64,000 nucleotides of DNA from Phoronis australis (taxonomy: Eukaryota; Animalia; Phoronida), in the NCBI GenBank assembly GCA_002633005.1, contig NMRA01000441.1:248001-312000 (forward strand), given 5' to 3'. Under the pieces are notes generated by a model. The model was not told the origin of the DNA. It made no database searches and worked only from the letters and a program-made list of their open reading frames with translations. Within the stretch, counting starts at the first letter, position 1, and each line of letters starts with the position of its first letter. Made by a program: the position numbers and the translations under genes. This document shows, in pieces, positions 59,212 to 64,000 of this stretch.

Positions 59212-62200
59212 CAGATTTTAGTTACATTTAAGGGCTCATAATAAAGATAATATGATAGTATAAGATTTACATCTGTGAGTAAAGAATGACAAAAATACGT
59301 AAAAGTTTTACGGTAAGTAACTTAGTTGACTCCTTATTTGGGACTGATTTAAGCAATCGGGCAATGAAGTCTAAAACAATTTCTAACCTTGGTAGTGATC
59401 AACTTATGACCAATTTTATAGCAAAGAGTGGTCCAATAAAAATTGGATATTTGACATCGAAAATCACTAAACAAAGGTGCTTTGAGGCTTCAAATTTTTT
59501 TAACAACATGTATAACTAAAACATTATTTATCGCTTTGTAGTAATTTCTTAAGAACCTAGTATTTGCTAAATATGTAGAGTCTAATTCTTCAACTGTTTA
59601 TTATTCAAATGAAAAAATAGTGTTACATGAATGCGACCAATGACTATTATGCAAAATTTGATTTCTTTTTAAAGAAGTTTAAGAAAAGCAGGATTTTTGA
59701 CGAAATGAAAAAAATTAGTTCTTGTGGTGAAAGTGTGGAAACTTTGTAGTTGCGAATGTTTTCAGAGAGTGCGGCAAGCTGTTATTTCATAGAAAACATG
59801 CAAAATCCACTTCGGTTCAACTTTGACCATTAAAAACATCGTAGCAGAACAAATCTCATTACACAAAGCAATATCATCTAGGAATCCTGGCAAGTGTTTA
59901 CTCACAGTATTAAATAGGAAATCAATAACATTATTTGTAGCGCAATACGTCAAATCATTTCCCTCCAATGAATAAAACACAGAGATCAATAACTAATTAC
60001 TACTCAGGTGCACCTTGGTGTCAAATGAACAGTAAGTAAACGGTCACAAACATGAGTGACGCATTCCTTCATATTTTTATGACAAATTTCAGGATTTTGA
60101 TAGGGGCATATTTTTCATATGATTCTTCACACTAGAATCAATTCTATTCCCAAGTCATCGCATGGCAGATGTGCATAGCACTTGGCATTAACTGTCACAA
60201 AAGGGAAATAATGCGTATTTCAATCATAAACACAAAAATTCAATTTGTCAAGAATCGTTTTATCACGCCTTATAATTTCTAACTTTGAGAATATCAATTA
60301 AAATGATGATATTTCAGATGCGCAAACTCTATTATGAATTTGCTAACAAATTCTAACAAAAACGTACCATAACAATTATCCGTGCCTGAAAGGCAACTTT
60401 TACTGCTCACTCCTAATAAGTATGTAGCAGTGAATGAACCAATCAAAGATTAGAAAAACTCGATAAACGATGATATAATCAAGGTAACAAAGCTTCAAAG
60501 CTGCCATTCTTAGACAAATGCGTCACTATGTGATCTACAAGGAAATCGAAACAGTTTAATTTAGAAAATACAATAAACAGGCATTAGGTTGTCAGGAAAC
60601 ACTTCAGCCTAACAGAATTACGAAATCGATATCCAAGTCATCACAGAAAGGAACTACGAGTAAAATAAATCTCTGAGGCACGGCTAGACACCTTTAAACA
60701 CTAAACGGCTAACAGGTTATGTCAGTGTCCCAAAGGACTATACACATCTGAAGCCATCACAGATTATTGCACAATAGTTCAACCCACTTTTCACCAGGGA
60801 GCAGTCAGTAAAACTCTCAATAAATACATTGATTTTCCAAAGAGATGCCATGTTGATTTCATTACAACGCTGCCACTTTGAATAAATGGTTCTCACTACA
60901 GCAGAGTAAAATGGCAGCTTAAAACAAAGATAACTCAAAGGCCAATAAAAAGCCAAACAGTGTATAAAAACATAGGAAAATAAAGAAATGAAATTTAAGC
61001 AAATATCCCACTTAAAAGTTAAGGGTTGAACACTTCCTGCACAGAAAATTATCGTTTTTTATTTCAAGAATGAAACCATAGAAGAACAAGCTGTGCATTC
61101 TGTGACCACAACTGACTGTGCGAACTGGTTGACCCTAAATTATCGTTCACCTCATTAATTATCAAATTACCACCTGTTAATTATACCAAGAGTGTAAATA
61201 CATGGTAGAATGCAACTATTGTTCCGCCCCAGCCTACGCGAGAGAGTGCAGAGTCATTAAGGACGTACGAAAGGTACCTAAACCAATAACTTCAGGTTGA
61301 TCAATAAACGAAGCCCAATCTCAATTGGCAAAGGAAAGCTTAATTTTGTACAAAATTCGAGAGATTACGTCACAAGCTGACAAGAGCATGACCACCGAGC
61401 ACAGAGTAGAAGAATTATTTAGAGTCATTTGTCCTACCTAGAATTCATTGCATATATCATATAGAAGTTTTAATTTATTTTTAATTCAATTTGAAAATTT
61501 AATTTGTAAATATTCATTTAATAAATTTAACTTAATTTAATGTAATTTAATTTATTTTGTTTAATTTATTGTTGTAAGAGGACCATGCTGTATACTAGTC
61601 TTTGACTAAAGTATGTTTTAAATTGTATTCTATTTTATCCGTTATAAATAAAGTTTATCGGTAAATTTATCGCACTATTTCTATTACACTGAGCAATTTA
61701 TTCCAACTCAAAGCATTCTGGCACTACTGCAAATTATCAATAAGATACGCAATGCTTTTTGGGAAGTTTAACATTTCAAAAAAGATTTTATATATCACGA
61801 AAACATATAGGCAAATTGTGTGAATTAAATCAAAGCCAAGTATTACATCCATTATCCGCAACACACTAGTTTGTTTTGGTTGCATGTTTGATTCACGAAT
61901 GCATAAATGGTCCATTGAACTAAAAAATTCAAGTTATTTACATATTCTAATGTTGAAGATTTAAAACAGTTTTTATAAACTTTTGTTGCAGAACCTTGAA
62001 ACCAAGTTTTCAACTGATGAAGCAGCGAAAAGATACTTTTATCAAATATTTACAGTGCATTGATTTGGAATCTACCGTATCACACAGATAAAATTTCGTC
62101 AATGTTTAATTGGCATCAACACAGCCAACAAAAATAATGTATCAAGATTGTAAGACACCATTTTACCTTAAGGGTGAGAAGATGAAATTTAATCAGTCTG

Positions 62201-63689
62201 GTCAATAACCACAACAAAAGATCACAAATCAAACAATCTTCAACAAATGTGTGCCCTAGCTGGTGTTACACGCAAAACTATAACTAGCTCCAATTTAATA
62301 AAGAAAGAAATACCACAAGCTCATATTTCCGACAGCTGAAGGATGACAAACCATTTGAACGGAATAATGCTAATGTCGTGACAAAAAATTTCTTACATAC
62401 ACGCCAAAAGCAACCAGAAAAAATGATGACTTATTATTCCCAGCCATGACTGCTGGGTGCAAGCGGCATGCCCCGTCATGACAGGTTGAGTTTACACAAC
62501 AGAGGCTGTCATAGTAGCCTTCCATAATGATGTCGAACAAAGGGGGAATTTTCCAAAAAGTTAATTAGTTGGAAAGGTCTTCACGTTTCCTATAGGAAGG
62601 TTGTAATGAATTGTAAATAAACCTTGGGATATGCAATAAAGATGCATCACATTGCCAGCTAAGGGGCACAATACACGTGCATCGCCCATCACCACTGCAG
62701 GTGACAGATGTATTTAAATCCAACAGTGAAAATGAACAGTAAGATTTCAGTGTGATCGAGTTTTTGAAATCCTCAACCGCATTAAACTTTTTCACGAGGA
62801 CACTATTTGGTAATAGCCAATAACAGGGGCCCACGTATTTGAGAACCATTTTTTCCCACTAAATAACAGGCATTAAACTGATTCTCAAATGTGGCAGCCC
62901 TGTAAGTGACTATGGTATACAATGATTCTACCTTCTTTCTTTATAAATGGGTCAATATTCGCAAGGATAATTTTGCAATTGCGTTTCATTTACTCAGTCA
63001 TGGGACATTGTGATCTTAATACCAAGGTTAAAACGACACACGTGCTATTGCAAAAATGAGATTCTGACTGGGCACAGAATGGTGAAGTTCTTACTGCTTT
63101 CACCTTGGCATGACAAACCTGGCACAATGACGACGCAGTGCTACCTTGTGATGGCTTTGCCAATGAGATAATGCTTGCAAAGTGCACTCACTGTATATGT
63201 ACACAACACACACCGGGATTTTCGATAGATAAGCCCAAGGGCATGTATTCAGAAAATGAAAATTTGCAGGCGTTTTAGTAACACCAAATAAACGCCCGGA
63301 CGTTTATTCGGAAAAGGAGGGCGTGTAAACGGAAAGTCATAGTTTTGCTAACTTTGACTTTTACTAAAAACTGTTTTTAAACTTTACCCAAATAAATGCA
63401 TAATTCACCAACATGAGAACTGATTTTGGCTCCTGCATAGAACTGAAAACTCGTAACTGCTCGGAACTCTGCGTGGTGAATAAAATGACACGTCATGACT
63501 AGTCAACTTGCAGAGACGGGTTTCAAGCAATGACAAACTGTCAGCTCTTTCCAAGACCAAAAACCACACCTACCTCGACAAAGGAAAATTCTGAGACCAA
63601 TTTCATCATGGTATGTGGCCTATATCAAAATTTTTTTTTGTGAGGTGGATTGATCGACACTTTAAATAACAATAGCACTAGGTGCTTAC

Positions 63690-63773
63690 CTGGTCAGACA
63701 ACGATGCGTAGTTATAGTGGGGCTCAAACATGTGAGGTGATAATGACTCTGCCGCTAGGAAGAAAGCCCTGGC
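63690..63773 (-). CDS. TTC8: TTC8/BBS8 penultimate coding exon ARAFFLAAESLSPHMFEPHYNYASLSDQ
   Basis: 84 nt, phase 0/0, acceptor ttgcttgtttgcAG, donor CAG|GTAAGC; resembles recalled human BBS8 ARALLQTASSLAPHMYEPHFNFATISDK. Below the ORF-track cutoff. Confidence 0.9.
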
Positions 63774-64000
63774 CTGCAAACAAGCAAGTTAAACACTTAA
63801 TAAATATATAAACATGAACCATGACAAAGCAGCAAGCACCTAAAGAAATAAATACTACAACACAGGTAGTTGTAATAATACATTAATGTATTTGGTCATA
63901 CAACAATAATGTATGGTTGTATTACAAGATGTTCCAAGCACGTGCACTCCTCGATAGCAGAGGGTGACATGGACCCAGATATTAAAACTGATGACTAGAT

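Overview
This is eukaryotic (metazoan, AT-rich, probably marine invertebrate) genomic DNA, not prokaryotic. It holds two minus-strand genes in tandem. (1) A complete kindlin/fermitin gene (FERMT/unc-112 family), assembled by hand into 11 coding exons from 52527 down to 4805. All introns are GT-AG with matching phases; the CDS is 2148 nt = 715 aa + stop, with a ~31.9 kb intron after the first coding exon. (2) The last two coding exons of TTC8/BBS8 (63690-63773 and 56871-56987), which the ORF track misses. Two duplications abut single N characters (13798, 30452) and look like both alleles written in tandem; one exposes a polymorphic 814-bp PIF/Harbinger-type MITE with a TGA target-site duplication. 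The most unusual non-coding structure is a nested element at 41731-43328: outer TIRs, ~190-bp inner inverted repeats, a tRNA-like cassette with an upstream TATA-like box, tandem 22-bp palindromes and a 163-bp hairpin with strand-asymmetric mismatches. The kindlin protein departs from the vertebrate consensus at the integrin-binding motif (KQWN->EEWK). Most other short ORFs in the track appear to be noise. Family comparisons are from memory; no searches were run.
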